From: Takakia lepidozioides
Taxonomy: Eukaryota; Plantae; Bryophyta
Direction of reading: 5' to 3'
DNA: 64,000 nt
NCBI GenBank assembly: GCA_030704615.1
Contig: CM060731.1
Span: 76,632,001 to 76,696,000 of the forward strand
This document shows positions 34,101 to 46,909 of this stretch, in pieces. The first letter of the stretch is position 1. Each line of letters starts with the position of its first letter. The position numbers and the translations under genes were made by a program. The notes beneath the pieces are model-generated. The model was not told the origin of the DNA. It did no database searches and saw only the letters and a program-made list of their open reading frames with translations.

Positions 34101-36478
34101 TAGGTCGTTGACTGACCAGGTCTCAACCATGAGAGGCCCAGATTTAATCCACAGGTGGGGTCTGTCCCTATCGTGGATCTGGATAGATCCCCGGCTAGGA
34201 TTGCACAAGTCTTGGCCCAATTAACCTTAAACCGGAAGCCTGACAGAACGAGTCCAGTGTTTGAGAGGTGTTGTGAAGGTTTTCCGAGGAAGCTTGCAGC
34301 ATGAGAAGAGTGTCGTCCACAAACATCGAGTCTTTGACTTGCGCTGGCTGGTTGGTATGATAATTGGAGACTTGAAGGCCTACAATGTCTGTGTTATTTT
34401 CTAGCATGTATCATAGGGAATCTGCGACGAAAAGAAAAAGGAAATGAGCTAGGGGGCAGCCTTGTCTGACAGATCTTTGAAGGGGGAATGGTTTAGAGAG
34501 CTGGCCATTAATCATGACCCTACTAGATGAGTTCTGCAGAAGAATGGCAGAACGATTCTGGAAGACCGACCTTAGTTAGGGCTCCTAGCAAGAACGACCA
34601 TTCCACCCTATCAAAAGCCTTTTCAAAATCAAGAAGCAGCAAGGCTATAGCTTGCTCGGTTTGTAGGGCATAATGTGGAGCTTCCTGGGCTAGAAGAAGA
34701 TTGTCCATAATGTAGCGACCTTTTATGAATCCTGTCTGGTTGGGCCTAATCAGTTTAGGAAGTAGGGGTTGTAGTCTTAGAGCTAGAGCTTTGGCAATGA
34801 TGCTATAGGCTACGTTTAAAAAGGTGATAGGTCTGTAGTTGGATATGTTAGTGTGGTCTCTTTTTTTGAAGAGCAGTGTTACCACTCCTTGAGACATAGA
34901 GGCTGGCATTCGCGCTATCAGGAAGATATGATTCGCCATGGAGAGGAAATCTTTTGAGATGTCCTTCCAGAGAGCCTTGTAAAACTCCACTGGCATTCCG
35001 TCCAGTCTTGGGGATTTGCCGTTATTTAGCTTGGAGAGAGCATTCCCGAGCTCCATCTCTGTGAATGGGCCTTCCAGGGAGGCAGCTAGCTCCTGGGTGA
35101 GCAATGTTGGAGTGGATTGAAGGCAGTGATTCTGATGGGGAGATGTTGCAGTGTGGCCTCCGGAGAAACTGCTAAATAAGGATTCAAAGTGTTTGCCTGC
35201 TAAGATTGCCATGTGTTTGGGAGAAGAGACTGATATACCCGAAGGCTGGTCAATCAGTTTGGTGATGTTTTGAGAGGCTCTCCGCAGCTTGGATTTTTCG
35301 AAGAAATATTTGGTCATCTTTTCCCCTTTTGTAGACCAGTTTATGCCTGCCTGAAGTTTGAGTTTTTGTTCATGGGTAGACTGAAGAATCTCTAGGTTTT
35401 CCTTGGCTTGGAGGTAAGTCATGTATGTGTGCTCATCACATCTAGTGGATTCAACTCTAGATTGACATACTGAAAGACATGTATGAAGGGCCTTGATTTT
35501 GCGGGAACGGGCTTGGGCCAAGCTTTTGCTCATGGATTGGGCTTTATTGCAGGCGACTTTGAGTTTAGCTTCAAACTTGGAGGATGGGTCAGTTGTTGTT
35601 TCACCCCCTTCATTCCAAGCTTGAAGAAGGCCTTGTTTGAAAGAGGTTAGTTTTAACAGGGAGGAGTTTAGCTTATACAAGCCTCTCCCCCTGGATTGAG
35701 TATTTGGGATTTTGATTGTTGACGATACCAGAGCATGATCAAAGCCCTATTGGATCGGAATCTGGGGGATTCTAGAAATCCACTGAACAGGGTTGAGTGA
35801 CGTATAAAATCTATCCAATCTAGCCATTTGAAGGTGAGGGAGAGATCTATTATTGGTCCAGGTAAAGGATGGAAGGGTAGGGCTTGTCCCATAGGGTTGA
35901 GTGATGGCTTCTGTGAGGTTGTGGTTCTGAGTGAGAGTATTCCAAGAGTCTATCTCTAGTGAGGAGGGGTTTACTAGTGATGGATCTCTACGATCACGAA
36001 GATCCTCCACCATGTTGAAGTCTCCCATTAATATCCAGCTGTCTATGTTTGGAGCATATTTCATTTTGCTGTCTATGGCAGTCCAGAAATCTGCCTTGTC
36101 TATGGTGTTGTTGGGAGCGTAAATGTTGACTATTCCTAGCGAGCCTGCATTGTTGGGAATTGCAATTTTGCAGAATTGAGCTCTTCCTGGAATCCATGAG
36201 GCCTCTGAAACTAGTAGAGCGTGGATTGATGGAGAGAGGAGGATTGTTGTGCCTCCCCTCGAGCCCATGGAGGTTGGTTTCCAGAGCGACAGCCCAGCAG
36301 GCCATAGTTGATCTGAGAGTTGCCGAATTTTTTGCGGGTCTAGCTTGTGTTCCTGGATAGCAACAATTGCATCTTGCTGCAGCAGCGGGCTGAGCCACGA
36401 CCTTAGTCTGACTCTTTTTAGGGAATCTCGGCCCGTCCCCATTCCCCGAACATTCCAAGAGTCTAGCCTAATGAGCAT
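31180..36478 (-). pseudogene. LINE ORF2 (APE endonuclease + reverse transcriptase + zf-RVT), with stops and frameshifts
   Basis: SWNVRG, IQEHK, NIYAPN, GDFNMV, FTW, ARLDRFY and FDH (endonuclease); KSPRLDG, NYRPITFLN, QTGFIKGR, LDFEKAFDRV, RQGCPL, MFVDD and YLG (RT); VSWKQICLPKKMGGFG, CSCC..IETLEHCLLGC (C-terminal). Confidence 0.95.
32966..33869. mobile_element. Non-autonomous CACTA element inserted in LINE ORF2
   Basis: TIRs CACTACAACAGATCGCG / CGCGATCTGTTGTAATG, with a 3-bp TSD CAA/TAA (one transition). ATGACT/AGTCAT subterminal repeats are present. Removing it restores LINE ...RNFAWGAQSSSSNRKRPQVSW. Confidence 0.93.
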
Positions 36479-39219
36479 GATGAGGAAGAGCTAGGGCTAA
36501 AGAATTACTCTCATTTGATGGCCCCATAGGATCAAAGAAGAATCTGACCCTTTTGTCTGATGGAAACAGACAGTTTTTCCAGAGGAATCCCCGAGGGGGA
36601 TTTGGGAGAAGTTTCTTGATATTCATCATAATGACGGATGAGGTTTGGGTTGAATGATCAGAAATGGCTGTGAACTGTCCATGGTGTGGGTGGATGGCAG
36701 AGATGGAGAGGAGACAGGCAGCTGAGCGGAAATAGTCGGAGGGTAGTGCAATATGAAAGGCAGGGAGGCTGGTATTGTTTTGTTGACTATTAAGATAAGG
36801 CATAGCAAAAGAGGAAGGCAGCTCGATGCAAGGTATTTTCCTACGATATTTTTTGGCAGCCAAGTCTTTGCAACACAACACCCAACATTTTTTGGGGTTC
36901 ATCTTATCCATGTTATAAATGAAATACGGTTTGGGTGAGATAAGAACCTGGCCCATTGAGTTAATAGCATCCTCTGCCAGTGTCTCTGCAGCTGCCACTG
37001 CGTGCTCCATAGGTGTCTTCGTGGCTTCCTTAAGTGTGCCCCTTCCACAGGGTCAATTGCTTCAGAGAGGGGCTGGCTGGCGAACACGTCTTTTTTGCTG
37101 ACCGAACTTGAATTGTCCTGCATGTTCATTGATGGTATCCCTGATTCCGCAGAGACGCTGGAGGATGACGAAGGAGATGGATGTGTCTGAGGCCCATACA
37201 GGTAATCCCTAGTTCTCTGCAGGTCCCCTCTGTGATTGATCTCGTCGATGTTTGCTTCTACAATAGCCTCCAGGATAGAAAAGGCATTAGCCAACGTATC
37301 TCTGTATCTGGGTTTGAGCCTGCTTGCCCCTCTGGGCTCTGAAAGAATGCTCTTCTTGACCCAAACTGCTCCATTCGGGGGTGGTACCAGATAAATGTCC
37401 GCCTCTTCCATCAACGCCAAGATGTGAACTGTTGGATTGCAGCTGAGTCCTGGGAAGTTTTCGAGGAAGGAGTCCCAAAATACTCTGGTGGTGCCTGCTA
37501 GGTGGTAGTACGGAAGGAAAGACAAAAGGAATTCCTGGATTTTTTTCCTTAGCATATTCTCCGGACAAGTATTGGGAGGACAATTTGCAATGAAGTGCTG
37601 AACATCCTGGACCGTTATCCATAGAGAGGCGAAGTCTTCCCATGTTGCTTCTGTGACAAGTAGGGACATTGGGGGTCCCTTCCTGAACACCAGGGGAGAG
37701 ATGCATGACGCTTTGGGGGTATCATTGATGTTGACTTCAGAGGAGCATTGGAGAGAAAGGCTGGGAAAAGATTTGATTCCTCTTAGAATTTTTGCTATTG
37801 TTGAGTGACTAGCAATTCCTGTGAGAATTGTGGAACCTGATGGTGGGACGTTGGGGAGGATACCCGAGTCCGCCGGTGGCGGAGTTGGGGAGGGCAGTGC
37901 ATCCTGTGCTGGAATCCATTTTCCTTTTGAGGTCCATGAAGCCTTCTTTGTTTTGGATCCGAGTCTTGTCTTAGCTTTTTGTTGACCTGGACGGATGGGC
38001 TAATGGAGCTCCCTCCCCCCCCTTATGACATCGTTTTGACCATTTACCTGCAAGAGATCTGTCGGATCTTTGGAGATGGCTGGCCCCATTGGCTGGCTTG
38101 GCTGTTTCCTTCCAGAGAAGTTCGAGGCCATCCTCGACGGTGTGATGCCCTTCTGCTGCTTATGCGGGGGGGTTTGAGAATGGTTCCTGTACCTAGTTAT
38201 CATTTTCTTTTCTCCCTTGCATTCCGCCTTGGTATGACCCAGCTTTCCGCAGTTGAGCATGCCTGTGATGATGTCTCTTCTATGAGCCTGATGGTGTAAT
38301 AATTACCCAACTCATCAATGGGGAGCCTCACATAAGGCGGGAGAGTGGCCTCATTTGGCATCATCAATACAAATTTTGCACCTCCTGAATCGTTAAGTCT
38401 TGATGCAATGGTGGAGGATCTCCAAGCAGGGTCATTCCTGATGTTGTCTGGGCACATGAATGGATCAAACACTGAGATGCAACCCAGATAGTAACCAAAG
38501 TGATTAGCAATATCTGGGAGGTTGTAAAGGTATTGATCTGGTATGAATGGCACAGATACAATTATGTGCCCCCACAGTTTGCCATTACGATTGCCCATAT
38601 TGGATGACCACGGAAAGATGTTGATGTTGAATCCAAATAGATGTGGATTAAAATTGAGTGCCTGGGCTGCTGCTGCCTGGGATTCAAAGGCAATCGAAAA
38701 GAAGCCCTTTCCCTTTGCGTGGCAAAAATGCTGTTTGAGTTCTCCTGGCCCTCCCAAGTGGCGAAGCGCCCAGTCTCGAACTGATTTTCTACTGACCTTT
38801 CTTCCAGGAAAGTGCACGAGGATTCCTCTTTCTTCCAGGGATTCCACCCTCTTCTGCATGTCAAGTACGTGCATGGAGATAAGATCCCATTCGCCATCCA
38901 TGGCCTCCTGTTCCTCCACATTTTCCATGATGAGGAGGCCGTGATCGTCCAGGGGAGTGGTTTCTGCCACTGGACTGAGATCCTGGGACTGGCGTTCATG
39001 AACCAGGTGTCGTGAGATCTGAGAAGAGCGCGTGGGGGATGGTGGTCTCCTGACGATGGATTGACACAGAGGGATAGCCTGCGCCTGGTGGGCCAGAAAG
39101 AAGCCCGTACCCGAGGTTGGCTGCGGGCGGCTGATCAGTGGAGTTCTGGATGGTCCTTGACGAGGGCGTTTCCAAGAATTGGAAGAGCGGCGCATTTGAG
39201 AGGCGTTGAGAGGGCCCAT
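36468..39219 (-). pseudogene. LINE ORF1 (gag-like, CCHC zinc knuckle) with long C-terminal coding extension
   Basis: ORF 38200-39219 has KGKGFFSIAFES (DUF4283/RRM-like). A frameshift leads into C(L)NCGKLGHTKAEC (CX2CX4HX4C). Further ORFs at 36899-37690 and 36468-37010 follow; the last stop overlaps the ORF2 start by 11 nt. Confidence 0.75.
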
Positions 39220-40213
39220 GTTTAGCTGAATGGGAGAAGGTAGAAAGAAAAAAGTGAGCTTTAGCTGGCGTGCTTAGAAGAGCTTGGAGGTGGACGGAAT
39301 GAGAGTGCGGGAGGGGCTTAGATTGAGTGGGATCGATAGGGGGAGCGGGAAAGGATGTCGGGATGGCTAGATTCGTCAGTTGAGGGACCCGACCAGGTGG
39401 CAGTAACGAAATACTGTGCCATGAAGTTGACGGCGACTGCAAGCCTTTTGGATTCCCGATACGGATGAATAGCGCCGCTTACTTGCGAGAAAATTAAGAA
39501 GGAGAGGTGGGATGAAGAGGTGATGATGAGAGTTCTGAAAATGAGGGTGAAATGTGACCGATTTGTTACGGGAAACTAGAATAAAGTGGAGTTTGAGGAT
39601 GCTTATGCTTCCTAGTCGAGGAATCTGATTGGGATGATTGTAAGGGGCTGGCTAGGCGGTCGAGGTAGAGTCAGGAAGGGCTTTTGGGAGAGACGAAGAG
39701 ACCGTTGGAGGCTCTCTCTCTCACAGCAAACTGCGGAGCTCCTACATCGCTATCCGATCTCTATCCTATGGATATATGTTCCATCCATGTATGGATATAT
39801 GGATATATAAGGTGTCAAACAGGTGGCAACCTGGGTATATAAGCCTCATTCGGACGGTGTCGGGAGGAAGGTTTGTTGGAGCTCAGCTTCGAGCTCGCCT
39901 TGCATCCGAGGTTTGATCGGAAGCAAAGCGCATGGGAGGAGGTTCTAGTGAGAGCATTCTTTCAGATTGGGTGTGCAATCTTCAGCTTGCTTCCTGACCC
40001 TAGAGAGAGGAGAGAAGTTGGATCGGATGGGGCGCGATCGAGAGATTGGAGGACGAAGCCAAGGCAAAGATGAGGTTTTCAAAGCGTAGGGATGGATTGC
40101 TCAAGAAAGCGAAAGAGCTTTCTATTCTTTGTGACGTCGATGTGGCGGTAATTGCATTCTCTCCTTCTGAAAAACTCGTGCAGTTCTGTAATCAGTCTAT
40201 TGAGGATGTGATA

Positions 40214-40602
40214 TTTAGAATTTCAAGAACATGCTATCTATCAAGAACATTCAAGGAAACTGACTAACAATGTTAGAAAAACATTTACAGCGTCCTTTAT
40301 CAGATGTTGAACACTAATCAACACACTAATAAACTGCCATCGAGCAGTAGTAGACAGTCAAGCTACAGGAACATCATAACCTAGCAGATCATACTACCAG
40401 GTAGGAACATCAAAACCTAGCAAAGACTACGAGGCAGGAACACCTAACATAAGAATCAAGAAGCATTTGAAACAATCGAAGAAGACACTAAGTAGTAGCA
40501 CAGATGAATAATAAGTCACTAAACCTAATGAAGTGTTTAACTACAAGCTAAACTAAACGTAATGTAGTGTTTAACTATAAGCTGTACTGTCAACCTTCAA
40601 TA
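40214..40602. mobile_element. Probable solo LTR (389 bp) inserted in the MADS gene
   Basis: 5-bp TSD TGATA (40209-40213, 40603-40607) and decayed termini TTTAGAA...TTCAATA (compare TG..CA). Removal restores the reading frame. Confidence 0.7.
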
Positions 40603-41051
40603 TGATAGGACGGTTTGACACATCCGATGAACGCCAAGAGAAGAGTTTTCAGATGAATCACTGCACGGATGTGCTGAACTTGAGCACGTTGCGTGACCAA
40701 ATTTGGAAATTGCAGGCAGAATTGAGTGCCTCAAAAGAACTTTCAGGAATGTTGTGGGGAGACGAAGTTTGCCTCCACCGATTGAATCGTGTGAAGTTGG
40801 AGAGATTAGGAGCGCAATTGTGCAAATCTCATCAAAAGGTTCTCCACTACATGGGCTGTTTGCGGAGCTATGGTGTCCCGGCGTACGGGTCATACCTCAA
40901 TGTGCAAATGGCTGCTAAACAAGCCAGGTTTCGGCTCTGACACATCAGGGAGTGGAGCCACGTGATGAGGTAAAGGTATCAGGAACAGAGCAAAGATCCT
41001 CGACCCTACATGGTGCTGAGACTTACAACGGAAGTATTGAGGCGAATACCC

Positions 41052-41755
41052 AGGGATCAGGAACAGGGCATATGTATAGCCCATCCCAGCTAGAGGAGAA
41101 GCAATATTTTGAGCCTCTTATGGAGGATCCTTGTGCTGATCAGGCAGGGACCTCCGAAAAGGAATCTGAAGGATCTGAGGCTATTACGGAGGGATCAGGT
41201 GCAAGATCAAGTGCATCCCATGCCAGAGCCTAGAGTGGCAAGATTTTGAGCAACTTCTGCAGAATCCTTGTGCTGATCCGGAAGAGGCTATTGCAGAGGG
41301 ATCAGGTGCAGGGCTTAATATGTGTAATGCATCCCAGAGCCTAGAGGAGTGGCGAGTTTCTGAGCAACTTCTGCAGGATCCTTATGCTGATCCGAAAGAG
41401 GCTATAGCAGAGGGTTTAGGTGCAGGGCATAATACGTGTAGTGCATCCCCGAGCCTAGAGGAGTGGCAAGATTTTAAGCAACATCTGCAGGATCCTTGTG
41501 CTGATTTGGAAGAGGAATCTGAAGGATCTGAGGCTATTGCAAAGGGATCACATGCAGGGCATAATATGTGTAGTGCATCCCAGAGCCTAGAGGAGTGGCA
41601 AGATTTTAAGCAAAATCTGCAGGATCCTTGTGCTGATTTGGAAGAGGAATCTGAAGGATCTGAGGCTATTGCAAAGGGATCACATGCAGGGCATAATATG
41701 TATAGTGCATCGCAGAGCCTACAGGAGTGGCAAGATCCTGAGCAACTTCCTTGGG
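41052..41755 (+). repeat. Coding tandem repeat, 6 units of 107-138 bp
   Basis: Units start at 41052, 41190, 41297, 41411, 41543 and 41675. They encode GSHAGHNMCSASQSLEEWQDFKQHLQDPCADLEEESEGSEAIA-like peptides. Confidence 0.92.
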
Positions 41756-43359
41756 CTGAGGAGGCGGGTTCCTGGGAAGAGGAAGCAGTAGATTATCTGG
41801 ATCCCTGGGTGTACTGCTAGACATGATTCTCGATTAAATTATCTTAGGATCATGAGAATCTTGATGGTTGCAAAAGTGGCAAGGCTGTATTGTTGGTCCT
41901 GGTGCTGACCCATTGGAGGTCTTGGGAAGGAGAGGACTTAGAAGGAGTACTAGTAGCACACCTAGAAATTCTTTGGTAGTGATACTGTAACGGATGATTT
42001 ACAATTTTCACGAGTCTTATGGAACTTGGCAGCAGTGCATGGAAAAGCTGCAAAGGTGGCCATTTGTATTCATTGGATTACATGGTGGTCCACAGCTAGA
42101 TGATATATAATGTACATGAACTATTCCCTGGGGCGGATTACTTTGGGCCCAGAATATAGTCAACTACGAGAGCTCTGATTCTGTTATCTAGGTTTCTTGT
42201 GTGTTTGATATGGAACAGTGAGAGACAGAAGCTGGGAAAACCCATTCTTGTGGTCTCCAGCAAGGTGGAGAGGATTAAGATATGGATGGATCGACTGTTC
42301 TTGTCTTGTCACCCACTACACACCAACTTTTACTCCCTTCCAGCATGAAGAAAATAAAACACGGTAGTTTTAAGTTTACATTTGATCATTGACTCTAAAA
42401 AACATTACCCTCAAAAACCCTGCAAAACCCAATATAAGGAGGTCCTAAAAGCTAAGGAGCATTAGGATCTTAATGCTCTTTTGAACGTTGTTTATGCAGA
42501 TGATGCTGGAAGCACATCTGGAGGGCTCTGAAGGCTGGGAAACCACCGCCATTCTAGCATGTTTACACAAAGCGAGTTGCAGGATGTATTGAGCAACCAC
42601 CCAGCTTTGCTAGCCAAAAAGTGTGCTTCCAGACGCCAATGACAGAAGAATTCCAGTTTCAAATTATTGACCCAAGTAGTAAGACCTCATGTGCAGTACA
42701 TAGTTGAGTTTGGATCATGTGATCAGGCTCCGGACTTGAGGAGACAGTGGAGGAAAAAAAGTCGGGCCTTCCATACTAAGACTGTAGCCTTGAAGCCACA
42801 GAACCATGCTCGGTTTTCATGAGCTGAACCAACACAAAAGAGTAAAGAGGGTGTTCGGGGTGGGGGGGGGGGTTGGAAATGGTCTCTGTTTGTGCAGACA
42901 GGAGGCAATTAAGTGGAGTAAGAAAGGTACAGGCATGAGATCCATTGCTAGAGTGGGAGTGATGGCAGTGCATAGACACTCATTGAGACCATACAGAGAC
43001 ACACACAGACTTTTTGATCTGACATGGTGGGCTCTTCAGGATTCCAGTGGACATAATATCACTCTTCTTCTTCCTTTCTCTTTTTCCTCTCTTCCTCTCT
43101 TTTTCTGTCTTTGCAAGGTTTTGCTTGCAGATGTCGTCAACTCTCTCCACTTCCTTGCAGGATGACCAAGGAAGCAGCATTTCTATGTACAATTGGGCAA
43201 ACACGGCAGTATCATAGAAGTTCAGAAAAGTCAGTTTCTTCGCATTCACTAGGATCATCATTCAGTGCTAATCAATTTACCATTTACCAAGTGAGTAAGT
43301 ACCAGAAAGTAAGTACAAATTTGACTAGCACTGAATTTGTACTTTCTGCTGACATACCA

Positions 43360-46098
43360 TTGGAGTCATGGTCCTTGCTGACACCAATATGCTGCATCGA
43401 CGAATTTGATAGAATGTCTTCCGAGCATCAGGTAATGGGCCACGTGACACATGCATTCTTTTTGCAAAACAACGCCTTTCTCCATGGTAGCTGACAAATT
43501 AGGTGCGGGTTCAGCCTCTTTTCAATGAGACATGAGAACAGCACCTGCTTCACGTACATAATCTCCACTCAGGACATCCTTGATAACTGCCACAGTGAGC
43601 ACAGCACTGCTGGTAGTGTTTCCACACATGTAATGCCGCATGGTGCCACTGCGGCAGCAGCTTGTAGGATCTGACTCTTTCCAAACCAGGATCCCCTGCA
43701 AACATTCAGAAATGCTCTTTGCATCAGGTATCATTAGTTTCGCTCTTCTGACTCATTTCTTTGTAGTCTAAGTACCTCTGAGTTTTCCACACTTTTTTGG
43801 CTGATAAGACCCTGGGTTACAGCAAAAGTAGAACATAACCTTTCTTCACTGCCATTAAAGTTTGCAAAAGTGAAGGTTAATACTCAATGTTCGATGTCAA
43901 GACTCTAAGAACTGATTTAGCACCATGCAAATATTAAGAACCAGTAAGTTGTGCATCACAGCATCTTCTGTCAACCTTATACAAGACGACCAAGAAAGTA
44001 CTTACCAACAATAATCACATAGATGTCTGTCATGCATTGCTTGATGTACCAGCTTCAGAAGCCAAGACAGTACGCAGACACCAGCATCAGGACTGATTCG
44101 AGATAACTCTACTTGCTTAATTTACTCAGTACAAGTGCCATACAGTCTGGTAGAATTTGGGAAATATGATATTCCTGACAGAAGCAATTTACCTTTCCCA
44201 AGTTCATGGCCATAAATTGAAGGACAAAATGCAATACATGGCGGAAGATGTTAGGGCCAGTTTCCTCTACAAAAGCTGCCACACCCTGCAGGTCCATAGA
44301 ATGGCCAACCCTTGGGACAGTACAGGCAGTACAGGCACTGCTTGTTGTTGTTTGCCTTTTCTGTTGCAAGTATACATTTCAAGAAGTTAGAAGAAGATAA
44401 CAGCCTTGCACCAGCCCTCCCAGTATTAATTTGCCAATCCCTCTGTCACACATGCACATGCTAGTCCTGACCAGTTCACCTGTTTCTCTGCTGCTCTGTC
44501 TGAAAGTTCCAACAAGGAAGACTTGTACTTACCTATGTTGGTATCTGAGGATGAGGGAGCACCTTATGCAATGCTAATAGACAACCTGCAAAAGGCAATT
44601 CAATACTTACATATTATGATTGAACTCAATGAGTCAGTCAATTCAGAATCAGTAACCTTCTGAAAGTCAATGCACTTTACTGTGGCCCTGCCAGGAATAA
44701 AGTTCTTGCTTCCGCAACCACTACCACAGCTTGGGGGAGGTGAGTATTTGCCATCCTTACAGTGGCGCGGAATGATTGTTTTGCACTTGGGACATGTAAA
44801 GTCCATGGACACCACCAATGTTTTCACCACACTCATCCTCACTACAGTGCCCTGCACTGATATCAGTCGACCTGTTAGCATGGCACACAGGTTCATATAT
44901 ATTACTTAGACCTGGAGGTTTGTGCATCATAAGCCTCGATCATTTGATAGACCTGCTGTCCATTATCGTAAAGGTACCTATATGGAACGTAAGAACCACA
45001 CAATTTTGTATGACCATATTTATCTGTGTCAAGTACATCACAAGAGTTCGTTAAACTATTTGACAGAACTTGACTCAAGGAAAATTGACAGGGGAAGAAT
45101 GTAGGCACAAAGTATATGGCAAGAACACTAAGTGTTACCAATCCATGCCGCTTTGACATCTTTCAGAGCGAGCAAGGAATCCGGATGATTATGCAGCCGA
45201 ACATTGACTTTCCAGGAATGGTTGCCTGTTTGCCCTTGCAAAAGAGTACCTGCATAACAGAGGACAATATTTGATGTACTGGTAGAGTACATAGGTGAAC
45301 ACTAGACAATTTATCTCTATCTCAATCTTCAACCCCTACATTTGATCTAGAATGTTTCTGCCTTCCTATGGAAAACAGGATGAGATGAAGAAATGAAAAG
45401 AACTACCAAGAAACCCCTGGGGCCTAAAACACTGATCAAAGGTAGAATGCATCATGAAAGGAAGCAGGTAAGCAGACGGATTTTCCTCTGTTTTCTGCTA
45501 CTAACCTACTCTAGCTTCATCCCTCCCCCAGAATCTCAAAAGCCTTCCTTTTGCTTAATGCTTTCCTCTTTGCAACAAGGTACCTTCCAGTAAAGTCAAA
45601 AAGCTAGGTCATCCTCCAGGTAATTATAAGAAGCGCAACTTGAAGGCTGGGATGGCTGATATAGTGACCTCATAAGCTGCAGCACCCCCACCCAGGCATG
45701 AGAGTGCTTCTTGTGGAACAAGATCAAGAGCAACAAAGAATTCCTCAACTAGGCACCATTTCGGAAGAGCTTGATAATAGACTGCTATTCCGTAATTGCT
45801 GCCCTCCAGCATCGCCTATCAAATCAAAGTTGTCCAACCATCGAATTACAAATTATAGATGGTCATCACCTATTCACAAACAAGATAAAGGGAGTTTAAG
45901 AATCCTTTATCCTTGAAATTTCCTAGGGGTCGTACAAGATCAGGTATTACTGCCGAGATATCAAATTGAAGGAGAGTCTCATGCCCTGCAACAATTCTTC
46001 AGCCAGTAGACGGCCAGGTACTCTGGAAAATACTCCAGCCATGAACTTGGAACAGTAGAGGCCTCAGGAGAAGGGCATTTGAGAGTTACAGACTCCAT
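43360..46098 (-). pseudogene. MCM8: MCM8 DNA helicase pseudogene (intron-containing, partly rearranged, 3' part not found)
   Basis: Exon remnants: MESVT...SSWLEYFPE (ATG 46098); KVNVRLHNHPDSLLALKDVKAA; GRLISVQGTVVRMS...FTCPKC...DGKYSPPPSC...CIDFQK; CPSIYGHELGK; DIYVIIVG; [27 protein letters not shown]. The Walker B segment ICCIDEFDRM lies on the opposite strand. Frameshifts are present. Confidence 0.82.
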
Positions 46099-46909
46099 GG
46101 TGAAGAGAAGATCGAATCTTAGAAGCTCAGATATCTGGACGAGCTATAGGTCCTGCTCACTGAATGGGGGCCTCTACCGTATAAAATCTATCACATCCAG
46201 CACCAAACAGCTCTCGTGCGACGTACACTCAAATTAACCCTTAGAAATTCCATTGAGGAGACTGCAAACCGAAAAGGCCAACTCCCAAAAAGATCCAGGC
46301 AATGAATCACGAACTGCACATTAGGACAGTGATCAAGGCACATAGAGACGACGACTAACACGTGTGCCTGAATTGCATAGCAAATTTCAGCAAACCTTTC
46401 CAAAAGAGGCTTGCACTGTCAAGTGATATGGTAGAAATCATTAACCATCTTCTTCAGGACCGTGTGGCCAGCAGAGAGACGGCAACTGTAGACCTCTGCC
46501 TCTCGGAGGGACAAAAAATGTGCTCTGCATAGCAACCTGAACTGTGGCATTCCACAGACGAGGAACACAAAATTCGTAATTACATTTTGGCGGGTTGCTT
46601 TTAGGGTTTATGGTACAGTACGTGTACTTGATCACATACGTATGTTTTTAGTCCACACTCCACACCCTCCCTGCCAATCTGGTATCTGTAATTTGGTTTT
46701 TTACAGGGGGTGAAGCCCCGATATTTTTGTAATTTACGTACCTCTATAGACTACATTATTCTTTAAATTCTGGAATCACATTAAAGAAGGAACCGAAAAT
46801 GACAAAAATTTACTTTCCCACAATGTTTTGAGACCTCGTTTGGAGACCTCATCTGTCCAGCGGTGTGTTGTCGCTCCTTTGCATTTCTTCTTCCAATTCG
46901 GAAGAGAAG

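Larger units (their letters stand above)
30690..39766 (-). mobile_element. Full-length L1-type LINE (about 9.1 kb including a 0.9-kb CACTA insertion), degenerate
   Basis: A-rich tail at 30690-30710 and TSD TATGGAT (30683-30689, 39767-39773). It has ORF1 with a CCHC knuckle and ORF2 with APE endonuclease, RT and a C-terminal Cys/His motif. Confidence 0.93.
40027..41820 (+). pseudogene. Intronless MADS-box + K-box-like transcription-factor gene with acidic tandem-repeat C-terminus, disrupted
   Basis: ATG GGG CGC (MGR) at 40027 is followed by a frameshifting deletion, then IERLEDEAKAKMRFSKRRDGLLKKAKELSILCDVDVAVIAFSP. Removing the solo LTR gives SIEDVIGRFD...LRDQIWKLQAEL...MLWGDEV.LHRLNRVKLERLGAQL (K-box-like). 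TATATAA lies at 39836. Confidence 0.85.

Noticed and set aside
41052-41755. Regularly spaced repeats that could suggest a CRISPR array
   Set aside because: Whole units are homologous, with no unique spacers. They are mostly in-frame coding repeats in a eukaryotic context with no cas genes.
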